Positions 13,599-27,800 of a DNA stretch of 64,000 bases are shown here, piece after piece. Under the pieces are notes generated by a model. The model worked only from the letters and a program-made list of their open reading frames with translations, made no database searches and was not told where the DNA came from. The first letter of the stretch is position 1; each line of letters begins with the position of its first letter. The translations under genes and the position numbers were made by a program. This stretch comes from Epiperipatus broadwayi (lineage: Eukaryota > Animalia > Onychophora), in contig JAQFVV010000002.1 in NCBI GenBank assembly GCA_028023455.1, forward strand, positions 10,292,001 through 10,356,000, given 5' to 3'.

Positions 13599-15264
13599 AT
13601 TTAAAAAATGATGAATAATATTTTATGTGATGTTAAGTATTTTATACAGAGTGTTAGATATTAAGTAGTGGTATAGAAATGTAGATTTATTGGAAATCCT
13701 GTAGTGTAAGGGATGCAGATTATGGTTAAATATGATACAATATAAAGTAAGTCAGAGTATTTATCATATATAGATAGTGACATTTTCCCAAAATCTGTAA
13801 GAGCTTAAAATAAGAGCCAAGATAGAAAATTAAGATAGACACAAGAAAATGTGGCCTTGTGTTTAGTCCATGATATCATTATTTATTATAATTTTATAAA
13901 GTATCCATCTTATACTTGTTATCATGAAAAATCACTCTGGTATTAAGAAATTGTAGATTTAAGTAATGGTAATAGCTAAGCTTTTAAATGATGATAAGGT
14001 AAATCAACTTATTGCCAGAAGTATGAAACATAAAGCAAATAGAATGCTAAAAGAATGTAAAAATAAAGATTTTATGAATATTTTTATCGAATATTAGAGA
14101 TCAAAATATAGAATGAATGTATGAAGTATAAAAGGTATGATATTGAAAAGTAAGCCTGATCATTAGTCATATTATTATAAGCAATGTAATAATGTACCAT
14201 AAATTAATGAATATTTAAATGATTAAATGTTCATTTTATATCAAAAAATAATAAAAATAGAGGGAGTATAATAAATTATAGTTATAATTAGATAATAATA
14301 TCAGAGAAGATTAAAGATGAATGAAATGGTAATATAAAAGAATATGTTTGTGAAATATTTAGAATGTGATAAAATACAAATTGTATATTTTATTGATATA
14401 TTTTAATATGGAAATATTAAAAAGTATCTTAATATTCATGGGAGTAAAGTATGTAATATACTATATTCTAGTTATAAATAATTTTAGAGTGAAGTATAAA
14501 ATATTTATTTTATTATAAGTATGGTGTTAATATTAGTTTTTAAAGTTTTGTATAATATGTTAAATATATTTTTTTATTAAATATAAAACTTGTAAATTAT
14601 TTTAAATTATGTATTACTACTGTAATAAATATTAATATTTGTTTTTAAATTAATAAAGTGTTGAGAGTCTCTCTTCTTGTTTCCTAGTCATTATTCATCA
14701 TCCTTATCACACATATATTGTAATAATTAAGTCCACTAGAGGGAGCCTGGGACTTCAGTTTTCACTGTTACAGGCTCCCTGGTTTATTCATCAAAGTCAT
14801 AGTCCAATTTTGGATTCATAGAAGAAAAGTTTACCAAGATGTAAGTGAATTCCTGTTTTATCGTTTTTTTCATCTTTTTAAAAAATTTTGGAACAGTTTT
14901 TACTCAAGAATAATTGAGAGTATAGGCAAAAGCTGGGTTAAATAATTCTATGAATCATTAGAACAACATAAACCTTGGAAAATAATTTTAAATCGGGCAA
15001 ATAATTCTAAAAAATAGATTAGAAATCCAATTTTTTTGCTAGAATAAACAGAAAAATCATTTGGACATCAAAGCTCATAGAAAACATGGAAAATAAAATG
15101 TTTAATGAAGATGGTTTTAAGAATTTCATCATTGCATCAGATATTTGAAGTGTGAAACAAGTTTATATGACTGCAAACCAGTCAGAGAAGACAGAAAAAA
15201 GACAAGAGATTATTATAGATACAAAAAATAATCTCCCAATGTTAAATAATTCATAGAAAAAAAG

Positions 15265-15490
15265 TTACGATATCATGGTGTCGAACCGGAAGTTGCCGAA
15301 TGTGGCTAAACAGTGCAGATCGGAAAAAAATTTTTAAATTTTAATTTGATCTCAATTTTAGAATTGAATTTTATAGATTATGACTTAAGCTATCTCCCTG
15401 CACAAAAATCAGGTTTCTCTGATGATCAGAACTGAAGTTATTAGCCCACTTCCAGTGGATTGGGAGTCACAAAAAATTTAAAAATTTTTT
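15265..15490. repeat. CpG-retaining short interspersed repeat fragment (MITE-like)
   Basis: Abrupt CpG-rich block (GTCGAACCGGAAGTTGCCGAATG...) inside CpG-poor sequence. No TIR or TSD confirmed. Confidence 0.3.
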
Positions 15491-15559
15491 TTCAATTCAA
15501 CACAGAATTACAACAAAGTGATTCATGAGCAAAAAAGTAATGATTTAAAGACAAATTAG

Positions 15560-15950
15560 TACAAATGATGTTTTAGACCTAAACAGAGACATTGAGACTG
15601 CAAATTATTCATCCTCTTTCAAGCAATAATTATTGAGAACATTCCAAAGTTTAACAACAAACTTTCAGATTATACAACTGAATCCTTGATTACTAAGCAA
15701 GACCTAAAATTTCAATCAAAGGAAGCAGAATTCAATTGGTATCAACAAATAAGAATTACTGTGAACCCTGAAGAATTTTATAGTTGGTGGGTTAAACAGA
15801 TATTGGAACATTTGCAGACATTGGAGGTTGATAATGATTAAAAGCAGATTTTCAGCTCCATTGACCTAAGTGCACAAGATGATATGGACAAATGATTTGT
15901 TCTCATGGTGTGCATGGAAATCTGGCTAAATTCCAAGACCACAAGGAATC
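15560..15950 (+). pseudogene. Possible retrotransposon gag relic
   Basis: The frame reads IENIPKFNNKLSDY...AEFNWYQQIR...EFYSWWVKQIL. The IPKF plus W...WW pattern resembles LTR-retrotransposon capsid. Stops present. Confidence 0.35.
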
Positions 15951-18900
15951 AAATGTTGTAATGGTGGGTGTGAATTTGCACTCCCCTTTTTTCCTCGGGT
16001 GTACTGATGATGGTCATGAGGGGCTTGGTTCATTAGTGGTGGTGGTTGGTGATCATTGTCTAGCCTAGGAATACCTGCTGGTTGGGTGAAAGTCACTACC
16101 TTCACTTGGACATCACTCTGAGAGGCTACTACACCATGATGGATTATCTGTTGGTCAGTGTTGTTTTGCGCCCACTATTATTAGGTTTCATGAGTTAATT
16201 TTAGACTTAGAGCATTTGTAAGGTGATTGGTCAGCTTTGGGCCATCACTAATTTTTGTAACATGGATGGAGTTTGGTTGTAATACTTTGCAAGCATGGAT
16301 AATTTCTCCCTCAAGGGAGCTGGGGCAGTCGCTAGGGGTCTGGTCTATGGAGCAGACTGTTGAAAATTGTTGCCACTACCTGAAAACATGCTAGGAGGGT
16401 ACCTGATCAAAGTTTCTACACTGTTTTCCTTTCTGATGGGCTGCTGTGCCTCTGTGATGAGTTGGTTTGAGGTGGTGCAAATCTGTGCTCATTATTCACT
16501 ATGTTTTCCCAAATTGGCTTTCCAATTTTGCACTGGTAGAACAAATTTGGTCCCTGCACATTTGGACTGTTAAATTGGGAGACAGAGGTATCCAAAATGG
16601 TCTTTGCATGGCTCAGCTGTGTTTTAAGGTTTGTTAACCTGTGAACTTGGGCCTTGGACCTTGTTGCCTATTATGGTGATTGGCACAATCTGAAGCTTGA
16701 GTCTTTACCTTGGGGCCCTGAGGGTGAGATCATTGGGCTATGGATAACTTCTCAGTGGTTGGGCCATGTAGAACCATGTACAGATACACATTGAGCAAGA
16801 TTATAGTAACCCTTTTGTGGATGTAATTGTTGTCTGGTTAATAATTATTTTGTTCTTTTGTACATTGAATGCTTTGAAATCACATCAGGTAATTAGACCC
16901 AGAAGACTTCTATGTAATCTTTAACAATAAAGGTTGCTTTCAAAGATATATTATAATAATTAAATATATTTGGTATTATTCCAAATCATCTAAAATAAGA
17001 TAATAAATATAAAAAATTATTATGATTGTTCAAGACATTTAATACTATATTTAATATCAATTAATTCAATTTTTTCTTCATCTTGCTCAATGATTATAAT
17101 GAAGAATGAATATCTAGTATGACATATAAAAAAATGATTAAATTATAATACATGGTTAAAATTCGTTTATGATAATTAATAGTAATAAATATTGGTTAAT
17201 AATTTTAATTTAGTTTTTACTGGAAAGTTAGTTAATTTTATTGAAAGGAAGAATTGATTAGTATATTTGTTTCTTAATTATTTTTAAATGTAGCTGTATA
17301 TAAGTAAAATCCCTCTCTAGATTTGGTTACATAAATTTATTTATTTTAAAAAACAAAAGTTACCTGAGATGTTGATTAAGTTAAGAAATATTAATAAAGG
17401 AGTAGTATACAATTATTTTAATAAATAGATGGATATTATATTATGTTGTATTTAAATTTATATAGGAAATTTTAATATTAAATATAATTTGCTTATTTTA
17501 TTGTGAATCATGGGAGTATCATAGATATTTTAGTGAAATAGTGTTTTGTGACATTCCTATGTCATTGAGGATATACTTTTTGGTATATACTTAATGTTAA
17601 AAAGGGTTACCTTATTGGATGTTTAGATAACAAGTCTCATGATTATTAACATTTTATTATTAAACAATATATCAATATTGATATAATATATTAGACATAA
17701 AATAAGTATATTTGCATTATTAGAATTATATATACAAGAAAGAAATCTGATTTGACTGAGCTAGAAGTTATTGTTATTTAGATGTACTATAGTAGTTGGA
17801 GGGGGGAGGGGATATCACTGTTTAATCAGAATACAATATATATATATATGATATAAACTCAATTAAAAACATGAACTACCATATTCTTTTTTTTTAATAA
17901 GAACTACTTTTTTCATAAATAACAGTTAATATTTTACCCAAATCCTATTAGCCATCTTTAGAATTAACTATTATTAAATGGTGAAGATGATTAATGAGGT
18001 TTAACTGAAACATTGTTATTTGTGAATAAATATTCTTTCACTGAGAACACAGATGAATGCAATAGTTTACCTAAGAAAAGCATAATATGGAAGTTTTAAA
18101 AAAGATGTTTATTTTTTGCATTTTATATATGAATATATGCATGTGTATGTAGTTTTATTAAATATTTAAAAATGAAAAGACACACACACACAGATAAATT
18201 TAACCCTAAAATGAACAAAACATGCTACTAGTCTTTTGAATATTTAACAAAAACTTTGTCAAAAAATTACGAAAACCAAATGCATTATTTAAAGAGCAGA
18301 TGATAGCAGTTATTTTTCCATTTTTAAAAAAAATTAATGCAGCAACTATAGAAGAGTTTAGCTAATCAACATCAAAAATAAAAAAAAATAAAATCAGAGA
18401 AAACCAATTGGATTGGTTAAACGTTTTAGTAAGATATAAATTTTACCATATTGTAATATGTGTATATAATATCTCCAATACACATATATAGAATAATTAT
18501 CATGTTTATTATATTTATAGCATTTATATATAATTTGAATCTATATTATATACAGTGATAATACTTGGTAATGTTTATTGGTATTTGAATTTATTCATCT
18601 AATAACTGGAAGATTATTAAAGCTTTTTATTAGAAAACATGTAGATTCATTTGCACTTGTAGTGATTATAGTCAGTTTTTTTTTGAGCTTACCAGAATGA
18701 CATTATTTCACCACTCATTTTTAACTTACCATCTACAGCTTTTTTTAAAATAAAATTAAAATTGACTAAAATTGTAGCATTACTATATATTTATTTGTTT
18801 CAGATGATTACAAATAAACTGAAAGATATTTTATTAGACTAATAAAATTTAGCTTTCAGATAAAATCTCTTGAGTACAAATATATATGCCTATTGAAGGA

Positions 18901-20528
18901 TTTGAACTTAGGAGTTTCAGTCTATATTATCTCCCACCCCATCGCAAACAGATGATACAAATGACCACACACATATGAAAAAAATTAATGACCCCTATAT
19001 ACATATCTCATGCAGAACCAATACTCATTTGTTGTACCAGATCATAATCTCCCAGACATATATACAAACTGTGCTCTGTATATACTGGGGATTATTTATT
19101 CTTTTTTACATGTGTTTGGTCATGTATATCAGCTGCTTGAGATGAAATAGAGAATGAATATTGACTAAAAATCCTAAGTTCAAATCCCTCTATTTACTAT
19201 AGTAAGCATTTAGTATACAAATTACCACAATAAAAAGGAATAAATAGAATGACTTAATTATCATAGAATATAAATAACTAACTGGAAGAAAATCAAAAAT
19301 TAAAATTTGTAATATCTTAGTACTACTTTTAAAGATAGCAAAAAGATTATATTTTCAACCATTAAGATCAAAACGTTTGGGTTGAAAGATCTGATCTATT
19401 AAAATTATTTGTAAATTAGTTATAAACTCAGAATGTTGATGAATTGACAACCAAAATTAACTATTACTGCTATAACAAACTAACATGGAACTTTTCTTAC
19501 ATTGAGTTTGAATGATTATAAAATATTAAACCAGTCAGCTATAACTGAAAATTCGAATTGGTAGTACTTTTATAAAACAATTACTTTGTATAAAACAGGG
19601 TGTTGACAAATCTAAAGATAGCATGTTATAACTTATAGCCATTAAGTGGGACGCTTATTAGTGAGAGATAAGATATATAAAAATAGATGTTGGAAAAAAA
19701 TGTCTGCTTTAAATAAAATGTTATGGCAGCAATAAGACAATGATAATCTCAAAATTAGCTGTTATTCCTATTTTTATCAATATATAATATTAAATCCATA
19801 AAAAGTATTTTAAAAAGAAATATTACTTCAAAAATAATCTAAATTTCTTAAATAGATTTAATATCAAATTTTAAATTCTCCAGCAAAGATAAGATTTTAG
19901 TTTTAGATTAGAATTTTTTATATTTAATCGTGAAATAGAATCCTAGAGTAATTAATAATAAAAAAAACGATTGCATCTGGAATTGCAAAAAAGAAAAAAA
20001 AACAATTAAAAAAAGCTATTAAAAGAAACAAAGTATTAATTTAGAATCAGTTTTTAATTTCACTAATAAAAAATTTGTCAGCAGTTTGATTTCAAATTAA
20101 TGTACTGTATATATATAGTAAACAAACTGTCTAAAAACACACAAATATATAATATCACAATTACTATTGCTCATACTTTATACACAATAAATTTTTACAC
20201 AGCAATTAATTATATTTTGTAAACTTTTTAAAATGTTATTAAGTTTGTTTGTTAGATATTTTTATATGTGGTGAATGAATAAAATAAATTTTATAATATA
20301 TGTGCGTGTAAATATAAAAGATGAATTGTTAATGTAAATAATAGGATGTTTATATTATAATAATGTATAACAGTTAAAGACAAAGTTAAGTATTAAATTA
20401 TTTGAAGCTTCATTCAAATTTTTTTAAATCAGCATGTGTTAAGTACTTTTTGACCAAAAAAAAATTGTGGCAAAAGAATTAACTTCAATGTCTTTCATAC
20501 CGCTTAGAACTAAAAACAGTAAAGGAAA

Positions 20529-21416
20529 TGTCATATCTGACCTTGCCTTCAGAAGTAGACAAGTCCAGATTCCTTCCTTATCTGATCAGATTGAGCATGC
20601 ACTGCTAAATAATATGTAAACATGTGGATAACCAATATATAAACATGGCCAAAGGGTGAAACATAAGTATGGCCAATGTGTAAACATGTGTATAAAATCA
20701 TACCATTGGTTAGGCTCTCTGAATAGTGATTGCTTCCAGTAAGAGAGGAGATCTGGCAATAAATAATCAGCCTTTTTGGAGGCAAGCCAGAGAACATCTG
20801 TCTAACCTAAACAACAGTACTTATGCTTAAAAGAATGAGAACATCTGTCTAACCTGAACAACTGAACATTCTCTCAATTGAAACCACTTCCAACAACAAA
20901 GGCGTTTCTACTATAGTCATTACTGATATATCTATGCAGTGAGGCAAGATCATGATATGACTGGAAGCTGCTAAGACTATGGCCGACTTGAGGCAAGCCG
21001 TCTAGTACAGCTGGAAGAGTATTGACTAGAACTCTTGAGGCAAGTTAATATATACAGCTGGAAGTGAGTGTGTCATGACCTCTCTGAATCCGATTGCTAC
21101 CAGTAAGGAAGGGAATTTAGCAATAATTAGTCAGCCTGAATAAGATATAGGCTGATACTCATCCAAGAATTAATCAAGGAACATTCTCCTCTTGCCTCTG
21201 CCATTCTATAACTGTGTTAAATTACAAAGGACTCCTAATATGCTAAACAGTTTTCTGATACTTAACTAACAATTAATTCAATAGTTTTAGCTTATGAGTC
21301 TATTATTTTTGGTAAACAGCACAGAGTTCTTATTGTTGTGAGAAGCAATCTGACTGACACTTGTTTGGTTTAACCCCAACAGCTATCTTTTTTCTCTCAT
21401 TAGACATAATAACACA
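20529..21416. mobile_element. Solo-LTR-like block with internal repeats
   Basis: GC-richer island starting TG and ending near TAACA. Internal duplications include GAGAACATCTGTCTAACCT x2, CTTGAGGCAAG...TACAGCTGGAAG x2 and CTCTCTGAAT..GATTGCT.CCAGTAAG x2. No TSD found. Confidence 0.4.
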
Positions 21417-21585
21417 TTATTGTCTTTTAGTGTTAATAAATTATTAAGATATAGAATTTCTCATTTAATAATAATTTTTGTACCATATTTATTTGCAAGG
21501 AAATTTTTTGACTAGATTTTTGTACCTACTAGAAATATATAACCTACTTGTTATCTATATATATATAATATATTTATATGTCAAA

Positions 21586-21656
21586 TCATTGACTGGGAAG
21601 CAAACCTGGTCCAGCTGCTTGGAAGGCAGCTATGCTAACTGTTAGGCCACCAACAC
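21586..21656 (-). pseudogene. tRNA-Gly(TCC) pseudogene or tRNA-derived SINE head
   Basis: Minus strand GTGTTGGTGG...TAGCATAGCTGCCTTCCAAGCAG...CCAGGTTTGCTTCCCAGTCAATGA matches the canonical eukaryotic tRNA-Gly(TCC) anticodon arm exactly. D arm, T-loop and acceptor stem are mutated (CpG-type decay). Confidence 0.8.
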
Positions 21657-22532
21657 TAACTAATAAGTATGCAATATCTCAATAAATAATTACATTTTTT
21701 TATTGTGTTAAAATATGTAATATGCTAATTGACCAATCTTCTGCCTATATTGTGATTTATTAATTTTAAATTTTAAATTGAATAAAATTTATACAGTTAG
21801 TTGTTCTGGAAATCATATGATGTTTAATTAACAATGATGATGAAAATTACAACAGTTCTGATTGATTAATCAAACTATTTTTTTTTACTCAGTTGAGAAT
21901 TATTTAGAAAAACTATTCAATTCACCCTACTATTATTTCACTAAACTAATATAAACTTAAAATCCGAAGATAATACGCTGTAAATCCACTTGCTGTTTGG
22001 ATAACTTATTTTTTTAACTTGAGGAATCTTCTTGAGACATCTGTTCTATCACTGCATTAACATTTCAAGACAAAATTAAATCAGTAAACAAAATGCATTC
22101 TTTGAAATGTAATAAAAATGTATTTACATTTTATATAACTACATTCCCATATATACATATTATAATGATAATACATATAAACCTAATTTTAAATATCTAT
22201 AAAAAATATTAAAATTGGATTTGTAACATCTGTTATATATGTGGTTTGTGTAGGATTTTTTTTTTTTTGCAAAACTATATCCATTTCTTAGAAATTTTAT
22301 TTTTTAAGAAAAAGACCACAATTAGTGTGAATAATTTCAAATTAATATCACAATAAACAATATAGTTATTATTTAATTACTAAATAAAATTTCTCAATGT
22401 TTCAATTTTCATGACTCAATGCATTAGGCACATTTCAAATAATTTTAAAAATATGCTCTGAATTACAAAACAAATTATAAAGTTGTATTAGTATATTAAT
22501 AAACACATTTTTATCTCTTATTATATAAATGT

Positions 22533-22720
22533 ATCGCTATTTCTTATGCTTGCTATTAACTCTTGTTGAAACTGAAGAAGGCCACAAGCCAGAAACTAGT
22601 CTGGAGATATTGGAAGAGTAGGCACTAGATGGGGATTTTATGCACAGGCCTTCTGGCATCCATTGATTACTCTGGCTTGCACTGAGTGGCAATACATATA
22701 AAGAGTTTTACCTGTTTCAA
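22533..22720. mobile_element. Hammerhead-bearing mini retroelement, copy 1 (inverted structure)
   Basis: Plus-strand CTGAAGA-AGGCCACAAGCCA-GAAACTAGTC (22572-22601) is followed by family body to 22720. Positions 22533-22571 are the family 3' terminus in antisense (cf. 43700-43738, 60361-60400). Confidence 0.7.
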
Positions 22721-25199
22721 TGTATGTATAAATAGATTTTTAAAATAACATGCATTTTTATGAAAATAACTTTTTTGTTATTGAAACATAAAAAAACATT
22801 GGCAGAAAAATGTTTTCTTTAATTTATTTAGTGAATAAATAAGTTACTACCTTTATTTAAAACTGTGCAATCATTTATAAAAATAAAATAAATGAGTAGT
22901 AAAAAGTAAGATATCGAAATCACACAATAGAGAAATGACTTTCATGATTAATATTTTAAAATTAATTTGTATTTAGTGCTGTACTTTAATACTTAAACTT
23001 CTATATCTTTTTGCATGCATATATATATATTGATTTAAGATAATGAAGTTTTAAAAAAAAAGAAAGCGAAAATATTTTTTAATATGATGATATCTAAAAA
23101 AATGTTGATTAATTATAAATATTGTGAGTAAGTATAAGAAGAATGAAGAAAACATAAATAAAAAAAGAAGCGATTCATTCGGAATTAGTAAGATTTTGTC
23201 AAACTACATTAACTGTCTATCAAGCAATTTAATTTATTTTTTAAACATATTTGTAATGGCCTTTTGCTTTATTTATTTTAAAAATAAATTTTAAAGTTCA
23301 CTCGGAGAACAAAAAGCAGATTGAAAAAACTTTGAAAACTATTATTAACTTTATAAATTTTCTTAAATATTCTATTTTTTAAAGTTCAGGACAAATGCTT
23401 TCACTTAACTACTTTCTCCCCTTTCAAGCAGATTGCACTCTCTAAAATTGAAATAGTAAATATGAACAGTAAAAAAAAGAATTAAACATTTAAAAAATTA
23501 TAAAAGCTAAGTGAAAAACAATATTTCTTTTCATTAATAAAATGTGTATGAACAAAAATTTCCATAGAGAGTAAGGAAAATTAACAAATGGATAGTCGAT
23601 CTGATTAGATTTAACTCCTGCCTTTAGTCACCACATTAAAATTGCTTTATTTGTTCATATCACAAGTCTATTTAATTTATTAGAAAAGTGTATAATTGTT
23701 GAAAAAAAAATCATGGTGACAAAAAAACTATCATTAGAAATGAGATAAATGGATTTCATTATCATAATAGTTAATGTGGCTCTACGCAACTTGGAAATCA
23801 TTATATAAATGCTGTTTATATTATTGCCAAATGATAATCTCAATTTATTACCATCTAATAATAATTAACAAACTTCCAGGTGACCAAATTGGCCTTAATT
23901 CTTTAAAAGTCTCTTCATCCATTTCTAAAACTATCTATTATAATTCTAACTGTCATGTTAAATATTACAAAATTAGGTAATTATCTTATATTTAATATAA
24001 TTGTTGATATTAATTCTTTTATATCTGTTTGCAATACTTTAAAAAAAGCTGAATTAAAAACATTATCTTTTAATGATCAAAATGCTTCATTCTTTTTTTT
24101 TAAATTTTAATTTGTGAAATTTGTTTAAACTGTAATAATAGTTAGGGATCACTCTACTACACATGGCTAGCTAGATTTTAAACATTTAATAAATACCCTC
24201 CTTTCCAAACACAAGATAAAGTCTTTTAAAAAGATAAAATTAATCTACTCTATCTTTTTAATTTAAATGTATATATATATATATAGGCAAATCTTAAGCA
24301 TTTGGAAACGAGAGCATGTTTGGAAAGGAGCGTATTCATTAAATGTTTAAAATCTATCTTGTGTATGTGTAGTGAAGAGATCCTTAATTATTATTATCTT
24401 TTTTAAAAAACTATTGTGCTGTATAAATAAATAACTCATTATATATGTCTGAAATTTGTTTATATATATATATATTGTGTATTTGTGTCTTACAAAGAAA
24501 CGAAAATGTAATATAGTATTTAGAAATTACCAATATCAAGCTTCTAACTTAAATAATTATTCAGAAATATATTAAATAAATTTTTATTAAATCTAAAATA
24601 AAATTACATAATATGAGTATATTTTTACTGTTATCTAAATTTAAAACAGTACATCAATTTTTTTTTTTGGAAACATAAACATTAATTACTAAAATGAATT
24701 ATTAAAAATTCAAAAATTTTGGTTTTCAAGTTTTTCTGGATTAAGAAGTTTTCTGGTTTTGAAAATGTTATCCAATAATAATAATGATGATAATTAAGTG
24801 TGTAAGTTTTAGAAGTTTTCTTGTGGCCACTTTATTTTGATGTAATATCTTACATAAATGCAATTTATTCACTACTTTGCTCACTAAAATATCTCATTAC
24901 ACTTAATATAAAATATATACAACTTCTATAATGAAGATGTTTAAAAATAATCAGCGAATGCTTACATCAGATAGATTTTGATAAATATTTTGCAAAATTT
25001 ATATAGAACAAAAGGACAAAATTGTGATATAATGTAGAATAGTTCTTTTTTTAATGAATTTCAAAAGTTTCTATACCCAGGTTATAATCATAGGCACTCT
25101 GTTAGCCAAAATTAAACATATTTTTTAAAAACCTTATACATTAAAAAAAAATTAACTACCTGTTGTATCTTTTTAGTATGTAATCATTAAATCATTTTT

Positions 25200-25680
25200 C
25201 CAAAATGGACATATAATCTTTGTCTCTATTTTATTTCAATAATGTATAGTTGTTTTGTTAATATTAATATATTGTCCTTATATTCCCCATTTATTATAAA
25301 AGACCTAAACAATAAAATCTCTATATCTGACAGTCTTTTCATTTTTTATGTTTTCCACAATCTCTATACAATTTTTTCTGAATCTTTTTTTAAGTATCCT
25401 TATATCTAAAATAGATGGTTAGTATTCTTTCTCTTCTCTCCACATAAATCACATCAGAGTTCAAATTCTTGCTCCATTTTTGCATCTTGGCATTGATACC
25501 CAAATCTTATTTTTTGGATAAATAGCAAAAGCTTCTCTAGGGTGATAATATCATATATTCTATCATATTATATATTTGTATAATTCTAAGCAATATTTTT
25601 ATTCCTTTTCCATATTTTTTTCATTCCTCACAATTGTCCCCTTGTATAATATATTCTCTATTCATTTATCCAATGTCTTA
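25200..25680 (-). pseudogene. Degraded LINE ORF2 C-terminal region (CCHC-type)
   Basis: Minus strand reads ...CDLCGEKRKNTNHLF, resembling the C-x2-C...H-x4-C knuckle of LINE ORF2 C-termini. Heavily decayed. Confidence 0.35.
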
Positions 25681-25759
25681 CACACACACATATATATAAT
25701 AATATTATAAATCAATGTCTATATTTCTTTGAAGCAATATACATAATCTTATAATTAAA

Positions 25760-27800
25760 TATTAGTGAATACAGTAATCAAAAATTTTTGAAAAAGACAA
25801 AATATAATCATCACTTAAGAACACTTTCGACTATCGTCATAGTCTTTGTCAACTAGATTAAACAGATCACAATTATTTATGTGGATATAATAATTGCATC
25901 TGACACAATTGAAAAAACATCTTCAACACCTTGCTATGTTTTTAGAAGAGTGCTACAAAAAGGGGATCAAAATCAACTTCAAGAAGAATATGCTAGTTTC
26001 CAACCAAGTAGTCTTCCTATGTCATATCATTGGTTGCAATGGGATAAGGCCTCATCCAGAAAAGATCAGTGCCAATCAAAACTTTTCTAAATCAATCAAC
26101 AGAAAGCAAATTAGATCATATTAGGCTTATGCAATTTTTACAATTTTTTCTACTAAAAGTTCTCAGACCACATGGAATCATTGTTAAAACTAATTAGAAA
26201 AGATGAGTGATGGAACTGGACTGAGGAAAAGAACAAGGCATTTGCAAATATTAAAGCAGAATTTTTAGAGCAAACTATGTTAGCCTTCCTTTATTTTAAT
26301 AAACCATTCATTGTCCAAATAGAGAGTAGTGGTTATAGATTGGGGATAATGTTATCCCAAATCCAGAAATGGCCAGCCTGGAGTCCTCTACTTTATCAGC
26401 TGGCTCCTGAAGGATCCAGAAATAAATTACAGTTACCAAGAAGGAAGCACTAGCAATAGTGTGGGTCTTCCAAAAGTTACAACAGATGCTACTCAGAACA
26501 GAGATAACAGTGATCACAGACAACAAAAGCCTCAAATTCCTGAATCATAGCTACTTGACCAACAGTCATTTAGTCAGATGAAATTTGCTGTTACAGGGAT
26601 TCAATTACACTGTGCAAATACTGTAAATGATCTGAGAATGTTGTGGTTGATATGCTTAGTCAAACCTCATGTACATCAAAACAGAATTATTTGTTAGTAG
26701 AGAATGCCTGCATTACAAGTCAATTTAATGACTGATAGTGATGTACAGAATGAAAAGAATCTGCAACCAATTACAATTTGAAGACCCAGGTTTAAACACA
26801 ATCATGAAAATTTTGAATGTGCCAAAAGATATCAATTCCTATATGTTAGAAAACAAGGTCTTATTATATAGAGTAAATACAAATGTGGTTGAGTGGAGGG
26901 TAGTAATACCTAAAACATTGTACACCCCACTCATAAAGTATATCCACTGTTTATATAGACAAGACAAGTAAAACAGTTATAATAAACTTCTAATGTCTAT
27001 CATGCCTAAAGGACCAAACAAGATCTTAACATTCGATTACTATGGGCCATTGTCTTTCTTTAACAAACAGAAATAACTATTAGTCCCTCATGATCTCTTT
27101 TCAAAATACATTTCTGCTTACCCAATACCCTAGATAATACCAGACACACAATCAATGTATTAGACATTCTGCAAGTCATGAACAAGGGAAGCCCAAAACC
27201 ATTTTCACAGATCATGGCACACATTTTCCTATCCAAATAATGGAAAAAAATGGGCAGAAAAATTTCAACTAAGACATGTGCTCATGCCCATGAGGAGGCC
27301 ACAGTCAAACCCTTATGAATGTGTGATGTGGGAGCTCAGACACTTATTCAGGACTTACTTAAAGGAGGAGCATAAGTGATGGATAAAGTAAATGGAGTTT
27401 GTAGTCAACTACATCAATTGGAGCATAAATGAATTGATTGGATTTATGCCCATTAGACTACACTTCAAACAATCTATTCCTATATTATTTACCAAATACC
27501 AATACTTGTTTAAATATCCACAAAGTGACATAGAAAGATATATACAGAAGGCATACCAGCAATTATTGGATAAGGCTGAGCAAAGGAAAAAAACAAGAAA
27601 AAGAAAACACACAACTTCAAGATAGGCAATAAAGTAATTATCAAGAGGCTCCATCTGAATAAACCAATGACAGGTATATACCAAACATTTTATCACCAAT
27701 ATGAACAGTCATTTACTGTCATGAAGCTGTCATGTCTAAATGCATTTTGGACAGAAGTGGAAGGGGAATTAAAGGAACATATAACACCCACATTTTAAAG
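25760..27800 (+). pseudogene. Second degenerate Ty3/Gypsy pol (RT-RNaseH-integrase), 5'-truncated
   Basis: IYVD(I)IIAS (25875), GIRPHPEKI (26038), EALAIVWVFQKL...VITDNKSL (26445-26535), FDYYGPL (27030), FTDHGTHF (27205), PQSNPYECV.WELR (27298). Confidence 0.9.
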
